From a virus (Duplodnaviria; Caudoviricetes), in IMG/VR virus record IMGVR_UViG_3300037483_000352, positions 24,084 to 88,083 of that record: DNA of 64,000 nt; one strand, given 5' to 3'. Made by a program: the position numbers and the translations under genes. Position 1 is the stretch's first letter. Every line of letters starts with the position of its first letter. This document shows positions 22,434-31,927 of the stretch, piece by piece. Below the pieces are notes generated by a model. The model did not search any database. It worked only from the letters and a program-made list of their open reading frames with translations, and had not been told where the DNA came from.

Positions 22434-23162
22434 ATGCCGCCCGTTGCTCTTCCGGGGCCGCTCCGCCTTCCGCGCGTAGGCCCGTGCGAAGTACCCCAGG
22501 GTCAGGCCGTAGGTGCCGTGTCCCAGGCAGGAGTTCACGAACGTCTGCCAGCTCAGCCGGAACAGCTGGGTCTGCGCCTGGGGAAAGATCCACAGAGTCA
22601 GGATCATCCCGAGGCCGATCATCGACGCGTACCCCAGGCCGGTCTTCGGCCCCCACCACTTCCGGGGCATGAGAACCCCGTAGACGACCCCGAGCCCCGC
22701 GCCGTTGCCGAAGGTCCGCCACAGGTACCCGAGCCACCACGGAGCGCCGTCGCCGACCAGCATCGTGCCGATGTGCGGTATCGGGTCGGCTCCGCCCTGG
22801 CTGTAGCTCAGGGCCAGGCGCATCAGGTCATACAGCAGGACCGCCACCACCCCGGCCACGAAACCGGTGAGCGCTCCCCGGCCGACCGCCGGGAGGAGCG
22901 ACCCCAGGACGATGATGGCGATGTACGCCGGGACGACCACCAGACCCAGGACGACAGGCAGCGGTACGAATCCTGCGTACGCGGCAGACAGGCACAGGAT
23001 CGGCGTCGCCCCGCATGCCGCGCACGCCAGCCTGGCGCCCGCGTCGGTGATCTGCTCGAAGCCCAGACCGGCCGGAAGAGTGCCGGTGGGGGGTCCGGTC
23101 AGGAAGACCAGGCACCCGACCCCGAGCAGGACGAATCCCACCAGCGGGATCAGGGCGGTCAC
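22434..23162 (-). CDS. Polytopic membrane protein
   Basis: About six TM segments; GTGA overlap with the upstream lipoprotein gene. Confidence 0.65.
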
Positions 23163-24013
23163 CGCCCAATGACCTTGAAGTCGAACGTGTCGAACGCCTG
23201 CACCTCGGTCGCCTTGGACGTCGGGAGCTGCGGGTGTCCGGGCACCGAGCAGTAGACATCGCCCCGGTACGTGCCGCGCGGCAGACCGGTGATCTTCGCC
23301 GTCACGTCGCCCTTGAACCCCTGGATCCCGGAGAACGCCGCGTCGTAGTCCTCGCCCGGCAGCGCGTTGAACCCGCGCAGGGTGGTCACCCCGAGGTGGC
23401 AGTGCAGCAACGGCCGTCCGTTGGCGTCCAGCTCCCCGGGCCGCTCGTGCAGCGTCGTTCCGGCGCCGCCGGTCGCGTCGAACGTGAACGCGTTGAGATC
23501 CAGTACGCCCTGGTTGTCCGCCACCACGATGCGCACCTTGATGCCCGCGCTCCTGCGCACGAGGAGCGGCGCCTGTGTGGTCACCCGGACCGGGTGGTCG
23601 GCGATCTCGCCCAGCGGGGTCGAGACGCACGTGTTGCCCTTGTCGGCCAGACCCTCGCCCGGCGGCAGACCGGAGTCGTCGCAGTAGTTCGAGGTCTCCG
23701 GGTCGGCCGGGGTCTGCCGGATGTTCTCCACCGGCGTCCCGCGCACGATGGTCACGGTTCCCGGCCGGACGGCCGCCACCGGGGGGGCCGTCGTCGTGGC
23801 GGGTGCCGTGACGGTCCCTGACGGGGTCTGTGACGCGCTCTCCCCGTGCCCCTGGTGGTCCTGTACCACCGGGGCTGTCGTCGTGGCCGACGCGGACGCT
23901 GAGGGGTCCGGGGTCTGGTGCGCGCTGGCCGTGGTGCAACCGGCGAGGAGCGCCATCCCGGCCGCCCCGGCAGACAGACGCTTCACGTAGATCGTGCGGA
24001 TCTTGAGAGGCAT
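23159..24013 (-). CDS. Putative lipoprotein
   Basis: Signal peptide with lipobox LAGC, Thr/Ala/Pro linker and a globular domain with HCH and CSVPGH. Confidence 0.7.
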   Translation of the reverse strand: MPLKIRTIYVKRLSAGAAGMALLAGCTTASAHQTPDPSASASATTTAPVVQDHQGHGESASQTPSGTVTAPATTTAPPVAAVRPGTVTIVRGTPVENIRQTPADPETSNYCDDSGLPPGEGLADKGNTCVSTPLGEIADHPVRVTTQAPLLVRRSAGIKVRIVVADNQGVLDLNAFTFDATGGAGTTLHERPGELDANGRPLLHCHLGVTTLRGFNALPGEDYDAAFSGIQGFKGDVTAKITGLPRGTYRGDVYCSVPGHPQLPTSKATEVQAFDTFDFKVIGR

Positions 24014-24078
24014 GGTGTGGTCCTTACGTGGGTGCCGACTGGCATCGATCAGCATACAGATCGTTGAAGGGAGTACAG

Positions 24079-25256
24079 ATGAGCAGGAAGAGCCGCATGG
24101 CCCGGAGCCTGGCAGCCATGGACACATGGACGAGTCTCGCCCACCGGGAATCCAAACTTCCCCGGTGGTACTGCCCGTCCTGCGGGATGGTCCGCGCCGA
24201 GGAGTCATGGGGCAGCCAGCAGGTGATCGGGGACCGGGTGATCGCCCATTACAAGAACACCGACGTGAAGGACAAGGTGCTCTGTCCCGGAGGGAAGATC
24301 GACGTGGTCAGGGACCGGGCGCCGTGACCACCTACGACGAAGACGGCCGCCGGTCGGACGTCGCGGAGCCGGGCGAGATCCGGCTGTGCGCGCGCATGTG
24401 CGGCACGTGCATCTTCCGGCCGGGCAACCTCATGCACCTCGCACCCGGACGGGTGGCCGACATGGTCAAGTCTGCGCGGGCCGATGAGGGTCACATCACG
24501 TGTCACAAGACGCTGGACACGGACGCCCCGGCGATCTGCCGTGGCTACGCGGACGGACCCGATCAGGGCCGGAGCCTCGCGCTGCGGATCGGCCGTATCG
24601 CGGGGTGGCTCCGCGAGGTCGAGCCCCCGGACAAGGAGGAGTGACCGTGGACGGAAGGGACATGCGGCCGGTCCGGTACACCAACATCGATCCGCCGCCG
24701 GACAACAGCTGTGCGGACTGCGCAGCGCTGAACACCCACCGCGCGTTCTGCCCGGCTCACCGGCGCCCCGGGGCACCCTGCCTGTGGTGCGGCGGCCGGG
24801 GGTTCCGGGTGGCCTACGACCGATGGATCCGATGCAAGGAAGGATGACCATGTACAACTGCTTCGCGCCCCGCTGCCGGTTCCGTACCGAGGACCGGGCC
24901 GCGTTCGCCGACCACACCCGGAAGGCGCACGGTGAACCGCCGCTCGGAGAAGTGCAGCTGACGGACTGCGTGTTCCATGGTCATGTGTACCCCGAGCACG
25001 ATTTCACCTACGGCAACGAGTGCCGCCGGTGCGGAGCGGAGGCCGAGTGATCCCGCCGGGCGAGTCTACGATCACCGTCCCGCCGCTGACCGCGTTCATG
25101 GTCGCCATGATCCGGATCAACGGCGACATGGGCCGGGCCCTGCGGTACCGGACCGGCCGGGCCGGATACATCGTCCTGGCGTTCCTGGTCTGCCTGTGGC
25201 TGCGACTGGTGATGGACATGCTCCCCGGCCTGGCCGACTTCCTGCTCAACCCGTGA
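24079..25256 (+). other. Small Cys-rich hypothetical CDSs: 24079-24327, 24324-24644, 24641-24847, 24844-25050, 25047-25256
   Basis: Coupled ORFs with CxxC motifs. Confidence 0.55.
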
Positions 25257-25265
25257 CACAACCTG

Positions 25266-25310
25266 CGCAAAAATGCCCCCTCTCCGATCCGGAGAGGGGG
25301 CATTTTTGCG
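25266..25310. terminator. Bidirectional intrinsic terminator where the two arms converge
   Basis: 20 bp perfect stem CGCAAAAATGCCCCCTCTCC / GGAGAGGGGGCATTTTTGCG with A/T tracts on both sides. Confidence 0.85.
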
Positions 25311-25311
25311 T

Positions 25312-25686
25312 TCAGGACGTCAGCTTGCCGGGCACCGACCCGGCATGGGACGAGGAGACCGGGGCGCCCACGTACTTGCGCAGGAAGAACGATCCGACGA
25401 CGGTGATCAGGGCGAGCACGTTGGTCTGAGCTTCGGCGGCCCACTCCAGGCCGAACGCTGCGAACAGGGATCCGGCCGCAACCACGATGCCGGACGCGAG
25501 GGCGATCAGGCCCTCGTTCACCGCGATGGCCGTGACGACCGCGAAGACGAACACGATGCCCGCGTTGACCCAGCCCTGAACGTGGCCGTCCAGGTCGAGT
25601 CCGTAGCCCGTGAGTACCTGGCCTACACCGGCGACCAGCGCCAGGTAGATCGTGATCTCTCGGCCGAAAATCTTGACGGGGTTCAT
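25312..25686 (-). CDS. Holin-like membrane protein
   Basis: KIFGRE N-terminus and about four TM segments, as in actinophage holins; lies in the lysis region. Confidence 0.6.
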   Translation of the reverse strand: MNPVKIFGREITIYLALVAGVGQVLTGYGLDLDGHVQGWVNAGIVFVFAVVTAIAVNEGLIALASGIVVAAGSLFAAFGLEWAAEAQTNVLALITVVGSFFLRKYVGAPVSSSHAGSVPGKLTS

Positions 25687-25701
25687 TTGGTGGTCCTTCC
25701 A

Positions 25702-25881
25702 CTATCCGATGATCTCTACCAGTCGGCGAAGACCCCCTGTGATGTAACCCCCCGGGCCTGTGTCCCCAACGAGACACCCGGCCACGAAGAACACGGATGC
25801 GATCAGTATTGCGGGGTGCCTTCGGCCCATGATGAGCGCGATGCCCACGACGAGCGACAGAATGGCCAGGGGGATCCACAC
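25702..25881 (-). CDS. Small membrane protein
   Basis: Two hydrophobic segments; start codon uncertain. Confidence 0.45.
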   Translation of the reverse strand: MWIPLAILSLVVGIALIMGRRHPAILIASVFFVAGCLVGDTGPGGYITGGLRRLVEIIG

Positions 25882-26115
25882 ACGGGGAATGTAGCACCCC
25901 GACCAGCAGGCCCGAGGCGCTGCCCGGCGGGGGTCCTGACGCGTTCCTGGGGGGTACCCGGTACCGGCGCCCCGCACCACCCTGGAACGGGCGCAGACGG
26001 GCACACAGGGGTTTAGATCTCCGGGCCCGACGAATTTAGATGTAGGGACCAAGTCCACCAATGCGATCCTGGCACGACGAAGGGCCCCCGCTTCCGCGAG
26101 GGCCCTGGTGGTCGG

Positions 26116-26223
26116 TTACTTCTTGATCTTCGGGGTGGTCACCGACTTGGCGTTCGGTGTCCTGCGGGCGATCTTGATTGCGGAGAAGAAGATCGCTGCC
26201 GCTACGCCGGGAGTCTTGTTCAT
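26116..26223 (-). CDS. 35 aa Lys-rich peptide inside the inverted-repeat cassette
   Basis: GGAG RBS; MNKTPGVAAAIFFSAIKIARRTPNAKSVTTPKIKK. Confidence 0.45.
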   Translation of the reverse strand: MNKTPGVAAAIFFSAIKIARRTPNAKSVTTPKIKK

Positions 26224-26262
26224 GATCTGCTCCGTTGCTCGCTGTTTAGTTTGTCTAGTAAG

Positions 26263-26292
26263 AACCTATTGCCCATGTTGGTACCGAGTCAA
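26263..26292 (-). promoter_or_regulatory. Housekeeping-sigma-type promoter TTGACT-18-TAGGTT
   Basis: Matches the Streptomyces HrdB-like consensus; AT-rich context. Confidence 0.6.
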
Positions 26293-26411
26293 TACGTTTC
26301 GTAGAGATTCGTAAAGATTGTTTACGTAGTTGACTTGGTCCCTACATCTAAATTCATCCGGTCGGTTTGTACCATGGTCATCCGGAGCCTGGTTACCGCC
26401 AGGTATTCGCC

Positions 26412-26511
26412 AAAACGCCCTGTGTGCCCGTCTGACGAGATCCTTTGTCTCCGGGGTACCCGTGGACCACCGGGCTTGGGTTAGGGATTCGCGCAGGTCA
26501 GAAGCGTGATC
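26412..26511 (-). repeat. Dispersed ~100 bp element, copy 2 (inverted)
   Basis: Reverse complement reads CTGACCTGCGCGAATCCCTAAC...GGGTACC...AAAGGATCTCGTCAGACGGGCACACAGGGC. Confidence 0.85.
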
Positions 26512-26559
26512 ACGGGTATTGGTTGGAACGAAACGGACATTCAGGACCTCGGGTTTGTA

Positions 26560-27069
26560 TCAGCTCGCGGCGATCTTTTCGTAGATCACGGCGACCCTGG
26601 TCCCGTAGTCGGCGGCCGGTGCCCAGCGGGTCCCGAGGCGTTCGACCACCGTGGCCGATCCGTAACCGGCGCTGCCGGGGGAGACCCACACCGCGCGCGG
26701 GTCCGGGCTGTCGTCCGGCACCGGGAGACCTGCGTACAGCCTCAGGTGGTGAGCGTGCGCCAGCGCCCCCAACCGTGGGTAGCCGAACGGATCAAGAGCG
26801 AATCGGGCATGGTCCGCCGGGAGGTCGCCGGTGGCTGTGCGGATCTTTAGGCCGCACGTGTTGCCGTACGTCTCGTCGATCACCCCGCCGAACCGGCCGT
26901 AGCTGGTCTCGTGCGCGCACTGCGCCGCGAGGACGGCCGGATCGACCCCGGTCGACAGCCCGGCGTCGTACAGAGCGATGACCGCGCGCCGGTACCAGTC
27001 CGGGTACGTCAGGGCAAAGTTCTGGATCTTCCACAGCGGGATGCTCGGGGGAGCGATGATTGCGATCAT
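26560..27069 (-). CDS. Glucosaminidase-family peptidoglycan hydrolase
   Basis: AQCAHETSYG, NTCGLK and RWAP...YG motifs. Confidence 0.7.
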   Translation of the reverse strand: MIAIIAPPSIPLWKIQNFALTYPDWYRRAVIALYDAGLSTGVDPAVLAAQCAHETSYGRFGGVIDETYGNTCGLKIRTATGDLPADHARFALDPFGYPRLGALAHAHHLRLYAGLPVPDDSPDPRAVWVSPGSAGYGSATVVERLGTRWAPAADYGTRVAVIYEKIAAS

Positions 27070-27071
27070 GG

Positions 27072-27536
27072 TCAGCCTCCAACCAGGACGTTCACTGCGA
27101 TGACCACGGACACGATCAGACCGGCCGCTGCCACCACCCACCCGTACAGCGCGGCCTGTCCGCCGGACCGGCCCGCTGAGCGGTCGGACTGCTTCTTGAG
27201 GTTGTCGATCTGGTCCTTGAAGGACCCCAGCTTGGCATCGAACTCCACGCGCGTGATGAACGAGGCATTCTGGTCGGAAAGCTGCGCGCGGAACTCGTTG
27301 ACCGCCTCGAACCGCTTCTCAGCCGCCAGTTCAGCCTTGCTCACCGCCCGGTCCGCCGAATCCAGGGCCGTGGTCACGGCCTTCTCCGCCGCGACGAACG
27401 CCGCGTCCAGTGCCTTGGTCTGGGTCTGGTACCTCTCGTCGAGCAGCCTGCGAAGATCACGGATCTCCTGCTGCGTGGCCGCGCGGAGAGTATTGATCGT
27501 CCATCCGCTCACGGGATCATCGATCTCACCGCTCAC
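27072..27536 (-). CDS. Coiled-coil protein with a C-terminal TM segment
   Basis: Helical repeats followed by a hydrophobic C-terminus. Confidence 0.6.
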   Translation of the reverse strand: MSGEIDDPVSGWTINTLRAATQQEIRDLRRLLDERYQTQTKALDAAFVAAEKAVTTALDSADRAVSKAELAAEKRFEAVNEFRAQLSDQNASFITRVEFDAKLGSFKDQIDNLKKQSDRSAGRSGGQAALYGWVVAAAGLIVSVVIAVNVLVGG

Positions 27537-27718
27537 CGGTCGCCCCCCTGAAGTAGAGATGGATTCCAGTCCCTCACTTCGTTGTACGCCCAGTCGAACG
27601 CTTCACGCCAGCTCCCGAATGGCCGACTCTCGTCTTCGTAGTTTCCTGAGAAACCACGGGTGATGGTGACCATCCACTGGCACCCCCACCTGAATACCAC
27701 CGGCTTGGGGTATATCAC
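27533..27718 (-). CDS. Small Trp-rich hypothetical protein
   Basis: Coupled ORF. Confidence 0.45.
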   Translation of the reverse strand: MIYPKPVVFRWGCQWMVTITRGFSGNYEDESRPFGSWREAFDWAYNEVRDWNPSLLQGGDR

Positions 27719-28617
27719 TGGTATCGGACCTTGTCCCCGATGCCGATGTTGGAGTCCTTGATCGCCGGATTCAGCTTCTCTAGCGCGGCCACCGTGGTCT
27801 TGTACCGCTTAGCGATCGAGTACAGGGTGTCGCCGGACACCACAGTGTGGAACCTCTGCCCGGCCGACACGGTGATCTTCTGGCCGACGGACAGGACGTC
27901 GTTCTTCACCGAGGGGTTCAGCGCCCGGAGGACGGCCACGGTGACCCCGTACTTCCGGCCGATCGACCACAGGGTGTCGCCGTCCACCACGGTGTGCGTC
28001 CTGGCCGCCGGTGCGGCCGTGGCCACGGTCATGCGCCTCTCGATCCGCTTCCGCATGGACGTCATGGTGAACCCGCGCGGGTCGACCTTGCCGGGCTGCC
28101 ACTCCAGGTGACCGATCACGTGGTTCTCGTTCCAGCCGTGATACTTGCAGATCGCCGCGCTCACACGCTCGACGGTGAGCAGCTGAGCGGCAGGCCACGG
28201 GTCCTGGCCGTCCCCGAGGTTCTCGCACTCGAAGCCGTAGAACGACCGGTTGCCGTCCGTGTTGGATTCGTTCCGGACGGGCGCCGCGCGCCCCGCCTTG
28301 ACGGCCGTCAGAACGTCGTCGTCCCCCAGCCCGGCATGATTCGCGCGGCCGTATCCGACGAGGTGGACCCTTCCGTCCTTGGTGATCACGCCGTGGCACA
28401 GCGGGCCGGGCAGCGTGCTGTGTCCCGTCCGGCAGATGTCCACCGTGCGCTGGCTTCCCCGGGTGACCGTGTGGTGGATCATCACGCCGTGCACCGGCCC
28501 CCATGATCCCTTACTGTTGCGGTTGTGCGTCTCCCAGTCGCCGACCTCCACCACGGTCACACCGGCCGCCCGCAGAACGGATGCGAACTTACTGGCGCTC
28601 ATCGGAACAGTGCTCAT
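27715..28617 (-). CDS. Endolysin: N-acetylmuramoyl-L-alanine amidase with two LysM domains
   Basis: MIHHT, GRANHAG, GFECEN, IGHLEW...KVDP; two HTVVxGDTLxSI LysM repeats. Confidence 0.9.
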   Translation of the reverse strand: MSTVPMSASKFASVLRAAGVTVVEVGDWETHNRNSKGSWGPVHGVMIHHTVTRGSQRTVDICRTGHSTLPGPLCHGVITKDGRVHLVGYGRANHAGLGDDDVLTAVKAGRAAPVRNESNTDGNRSFYGFECENLGDGQDPWPAAQLLTVERVSAAICKYHGWNENHVIGHLEWQPGKVDPRGFTMTSMRKRIERRMTVATAAPAARTHTVVDGDTLWSIGRKYGVTVAVLRALNPSVKNDVLSVGQKITVSAGQRFHTVVSGDTLYSIAKRYKTTVAALEKLNPAIKDSNIGIGDKVRYQ

Positions 28618-28946
28618 GATCGGTGCCCCCCCTTCGAACGAGCGGTCCTCCGGTCCACCAGCTGGACCCTGAGAAGAGCGATCACGTGGCCGAGGATCGC
28701 AGTCCCGATGACGATCACCAGGACTATGCGGATCATACGGACCGCGTCCAGGTTCTCCCACCGGGAGAAGACCAGGGACAGTGCGGCCAGACCGGCCAGG
28801 CCGCCCATCATCATCATGATCAGTCTGCCGGTGGACGTCCTCCACCACGGGGTGATCAAGCTGTAGACAGTAGCGAACAGCATGGCCATGGCGGAGGCGT
28901 ACGCGCTGGCCCATATGTTGATCGTTTCTAGCAGCTCACTTTCCAC
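28614..28946 (-). CDS. Holin-like 3-TM protein
   Basis: Three TM segments and a basic C-terminus; adjacent to the endolysin. Confidence 0.6.
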   Translation of the reverse strand: MESELLETINIWASAYASAMAMLFATVYSLITPWWRTSTGRLIMMMMGGLAGLAALSLVFSRWENLDAVRMIRIVLVIVIGTAILGHVIALLRVQLVDRRTARSKGGHRS

Positions 28947-29458
28947 CGGGCGCCGCTCCGTTCTTGATCGCCGATCTGATCAGTTCAGCGAAGTGGTTGG
29001 TCTCCCGGAGTGTACGCAACTTGTTGGACAGTACAGTGATCTCCCCTGTCTGCTCCACCGCATCGTTGTGCACATTCTCAGCGTGGGCGACCGCCCGCCG
29101 GGCGTCCCGCTGGCCCGTGTCCTTCTTCAGGTCAACGGTCCTCCCGGACATCCGCCGGATCCAGTGCAGCACGGTGATTGCCTCCCTCCGGAGTGATTGC
29201 CTGGGGGATGGCTTCGATCACGTGGGTGGTGGTCCTGGCCATTTCCATCAGCTGGCCTATCTGCCGGTCCTTGACCCCGATTGTTTCTAGACCTTGCTCG
29301 TACGCCGTTTTGTACAGAGCTATCTGCTCATCCTTGGCGATCAGCAGGGACCGGACCGTCGCCTTGGGCAGAAGTATGCCCCACAGGATCAGCATCACAA
29401 CGATCACCAGAATGCCGATCGCCCCGACGTCCGGAGTCAGGAACTTGGAGAAATCCAT
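28936..29458 (-). other. Two small lysis-region CDSs: 28936-29172 and 29132-29458 (membrane); also a 22 aa TM peptide at 29499-29567
   Basis: ORFs with hydrophobic or amphipathic segments. Confidence 0.55.
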
Positions 29459-29575
29459 GCAGGTCACGTCCTCCGGTCACGTGCGGTATGGCTCGCCGCT
29501 AGGCGAACGTGATCACTACCAGAAAGATGACTGCCGTCACCAGCACGGCGATCCCGAGAACTCTCATCACTCACC

Positions 29576-30697
29576 TCACAAGAAATATTCAAGGCCGTCG
29601 AAGTAGACCGTGGTCGGAAGGGCCAGGGTCAGCGTGTGCGAATGGCTGTACGTGTGGTTGTGGGAATAGGTGTGGTCATGGTTGTAGGTGTGCGCGTGGG
29701 CGTCCCCCGCGTGTGAATGGCTGTAGGTGTGATCATGGCTGTAGGTGTGATCATGGCTGTAGGTGTGATCATGGCTGTAGGTGTGCTGGTGGTTGTAGGT
29801 GTGCGTATGCCCACCGGACGACGACGTTCCTCCGGACCCGAAGAACGACGTCCCCTGGCTGCCGGATGCCGACGTCCCCTGGCTGCCCGTGGTCGACGTG
29901 CCCTGGCTGCCGTTGAAGGACGTCCCGCCGGACCCCGTCGTGCTGGTCGTCCCGCCTCCGTCGGTCGACGTGCCCTGGCTGCCGTTGAAGGACGTCCCGC
30001 CGGATCCCGTGGTCGACGTGCCCTGGTCGCCGTCCGCGTCCGTGGACCCCAGGGTCTGGGTGCCGCCGACCAGGGTCACCGCGCCGGTGGTGGCCGCGAT
30101 CTGCACCAGCACGGACGTGGACTCCCCGTTCCGGCCTGCCCGCAGGGTCCGCGTGGCCGACGGAACGTACCCGGCGGCCACGGTGAACAGGGACGCGCCG
30201 GACACCGTGAACGCGCCCTTGAACTGGACCTTGGCCTCACCGTTGTCGACCACCCGGCGGTAGGACACGCCGCCGGACGTCTGCCAGCCCTGCGCGGCCG
30301 GGGTGGCCGGGGTGTCGTTGATCTGGCCCAGGACCGTGAGATCCGTCCCCTGCTTGCAGACCAGGACCGTGTCACCGACCACCGGAGAGTAGCTGTCCAG
30401 GTAGCGGACGCCCTCGATGGTGACCGTCGTGTCTCCGGAGATCTGGAGGCTGACCGTGGGCGGTGTGGCCGTGGCCGCGTCGGCGGTGACCTGCGCTTTG
30501 CGGATGGTGGCGGGGTCGAACTCCAGCAAGGTCTGTTTGGCGATCTCCGTTGCCAGCGCCTTGATCTGGTCGTTCAGCGCGGCCTCCGCAGCGGCAGCTT
30601 CCGCCGCAGCCTGCTGCGCGGCGGCCTCCTCCGGGGTCGGCTCAGGGCTGGGGGGTACGGGGACGGCCGGGTCACTGCCTTCGGTCGGTGTGGTCAT
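29576..30697 (-). CDS. Tail fibre/tip protein with GSQGTS and HTYSHD repeats
   Basis: Last gene of the tail module; 18 bp DNA repeats at about 29630-29800 encode many HxH motifs. Confidence 0.65.
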   Translation of the reverse strand: MTTPTEGSDPAVPVPPSPEPTPEEAAAQQAAAEAAAAEAALNDQIKALATEIAKQTLLEFDPATIRKAQVTADAATATPPTVSLQISGDTTVTIEGVRYLDSYSPVVGDTVLVCKQGTDLTVLGQINDTPATPAAQGWQTSGGVSYRRVVDNGEAKVQFKGAFTVSGASLFTVAAGYVPSATRTLRAGRNGESTSVLVQIAATTGAVTLVGGTQTLGSTDADGDQGTSTTGSGGTSFNGSQGTSTDGGGTTSTTGSGGTSFNGSQGTSTTGSQGTSASGSQGTSFFGSGGTSSSGGHTHTYNHQHTYSHDHTYSHDHTYSHDHTYSHSHAGDAHAHTYNHDHTYSHNHTYSHSHTLTLALPTTVYFDGLEYFL

Positions 30698-31818
30698 GCC
30701 AGTGTCCTCTTCGCCCTCAGGGTGATGTTCTGGAGGTCGGCCGCGCGGAGCGGGACATTGAACGCGTCCACCGCGTACAGCCCGGACACCCGGCTCCGCA
30801 GGCGTTCGACCTGGACGACGTGACCGGCCTCGTACGAGGAGTTCACGACTCCCGTGACCGACAAGCCGGAGGAGAAGCCCAGCAGGTTGCGCAGGAGCTG
30901 ATCGGCCGTGGCCTGCGCTTCCTGCACGGTCTTGATCGTCTGGTCCGTGATGAACATCGGGACCTCGCCGTACGGACCGAGGTGGTACGTGGCCGACGTC
31001 GGCTCCTCGTCCCAGGCGACCGCGCGGACGGCAGGCAGCTCGTCCCCGGGGCTCTCACCCGTGATGACCACCCCGTTGTAGCCGGGCTCGTCCGTGAACG
31101 ACCGGGACAGTGACGTCATGACGCAGCCCTGGCCTTCGATGTACGTGAAATCCGGGGACGGCAGTGCGTCGATGTCCACCGGCGGAGCGATCACGACGGT
31201 GCCTTCCACGTCGAAGTAGATCTCACACCCGAGGGACTGCGCCAGATCCGCGCAGGCCTTCCAGGGATCGTCGCTCACGTCGTACAGCTTCGGCGCCGTG
31301 GTCTCCCTGGTCGTGCTGATCGAGTCGTAGGTCAGGTCCGGGAACGTCCGGGCCAGGATCGACTTGATGGCGTCGATCAGATTGGTTCCCTCTTCGATCA
31401 CGTACGGGCTGATGAACTTGTCCCGCTGCACGGTCCGGCTGAGGTCATAGGCCTCAAGCTGAATGTCCGGAGATCCTCCCACCGAGTCGTTGACGTTCGA
31501 CTTGGACAGCCGGAACACTCCGAGCGGCATGACCTCGGTGGTTCCGTCGGTGTACTGGACGCCCCGGTAAGGCCGCAGGATGGTCCCGTACGGGGTCAGC
31601 AGACTGTCTTGGGACGCCGGGACCAGCAGGCCCGAAGGATCTATGCACGTGGCCCTGCACGCCCTCCGGATCTCCGCCGTCCGGTCGCACGTCACCTCGC
31701 CGCCGGTCGCCGGAAGCCGCAGCGTCTCCTCGGTGGGAGAAACCACGTCGATGTAGCTGTACACCCGGTGGGACTTCCTGATCTCCGCCAGGAAGCGCGG
31801 GGTGGCCCGGCTGGTCAT
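30694..31818 (-). CDS. Minor tail protein (hub-like)
   Basis: Position after the large tail protein; LEAYDLS and YFDVEG motifs typical of actinophage minor tail proteins. Confidence 0.65.
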   Translation of the reverse strand: MTSRATPRFLAEIRKSHRVYSYIDVVSPTEETLRLPATGGEVTCDRTAEIRRACRATCIDPSGLLVPASQDSLLTPYGTILRPYRGVQYTDGTTEVMPLGVFRLSKSNVNDSVGGSPDIQLEAYDLSRTVQRDKFISPYVIEEGTNLIDAIKSILARTFPDLTYDSISTTRETTAPKLYDVSDDPWKACADLAQSLGCEIYFDVEGTVVIAPPVDIDALPSPDFTYIEGQGCVMTSLSRSFTDEPGYNGVVITGESPGDELPAVRAVAWDEEPTSATYHLGPYGEVPMFITDQTIKTVQEAQATADQLLRNLLGFSSGLSVTGVVNSSYEAGHVVQVERLRSRVSGLYAVDAFNVPLRAADLQNITLRAKRTLA

Positions 31819-31927
31819 CCCACGGTTCCCCGTCCGTCACACAGCCCGATGACACGGAAAATCCAGTGCACCGGGGAGGTCTTCAGCCGGATGCACCCGG
31901 GGCAGACCCATGAGTCTTTCATCATGG

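Larger units (their letters stand above)
26032..26355. repeat. Cassette bounded by a perfect 24 bp inverted repeat (26032-26055 / 26332-26355)
   Basis: GAATTTAGATGTAGGGACCAAGTC and its exact reverse complement. Confidence 0.9.

Noticed and set aside
26032-26355. IS element or dif/Xer site
   Set aside because: No transposase or clear target duplication, and the IR does not resemble XerC/XerD arms by eye
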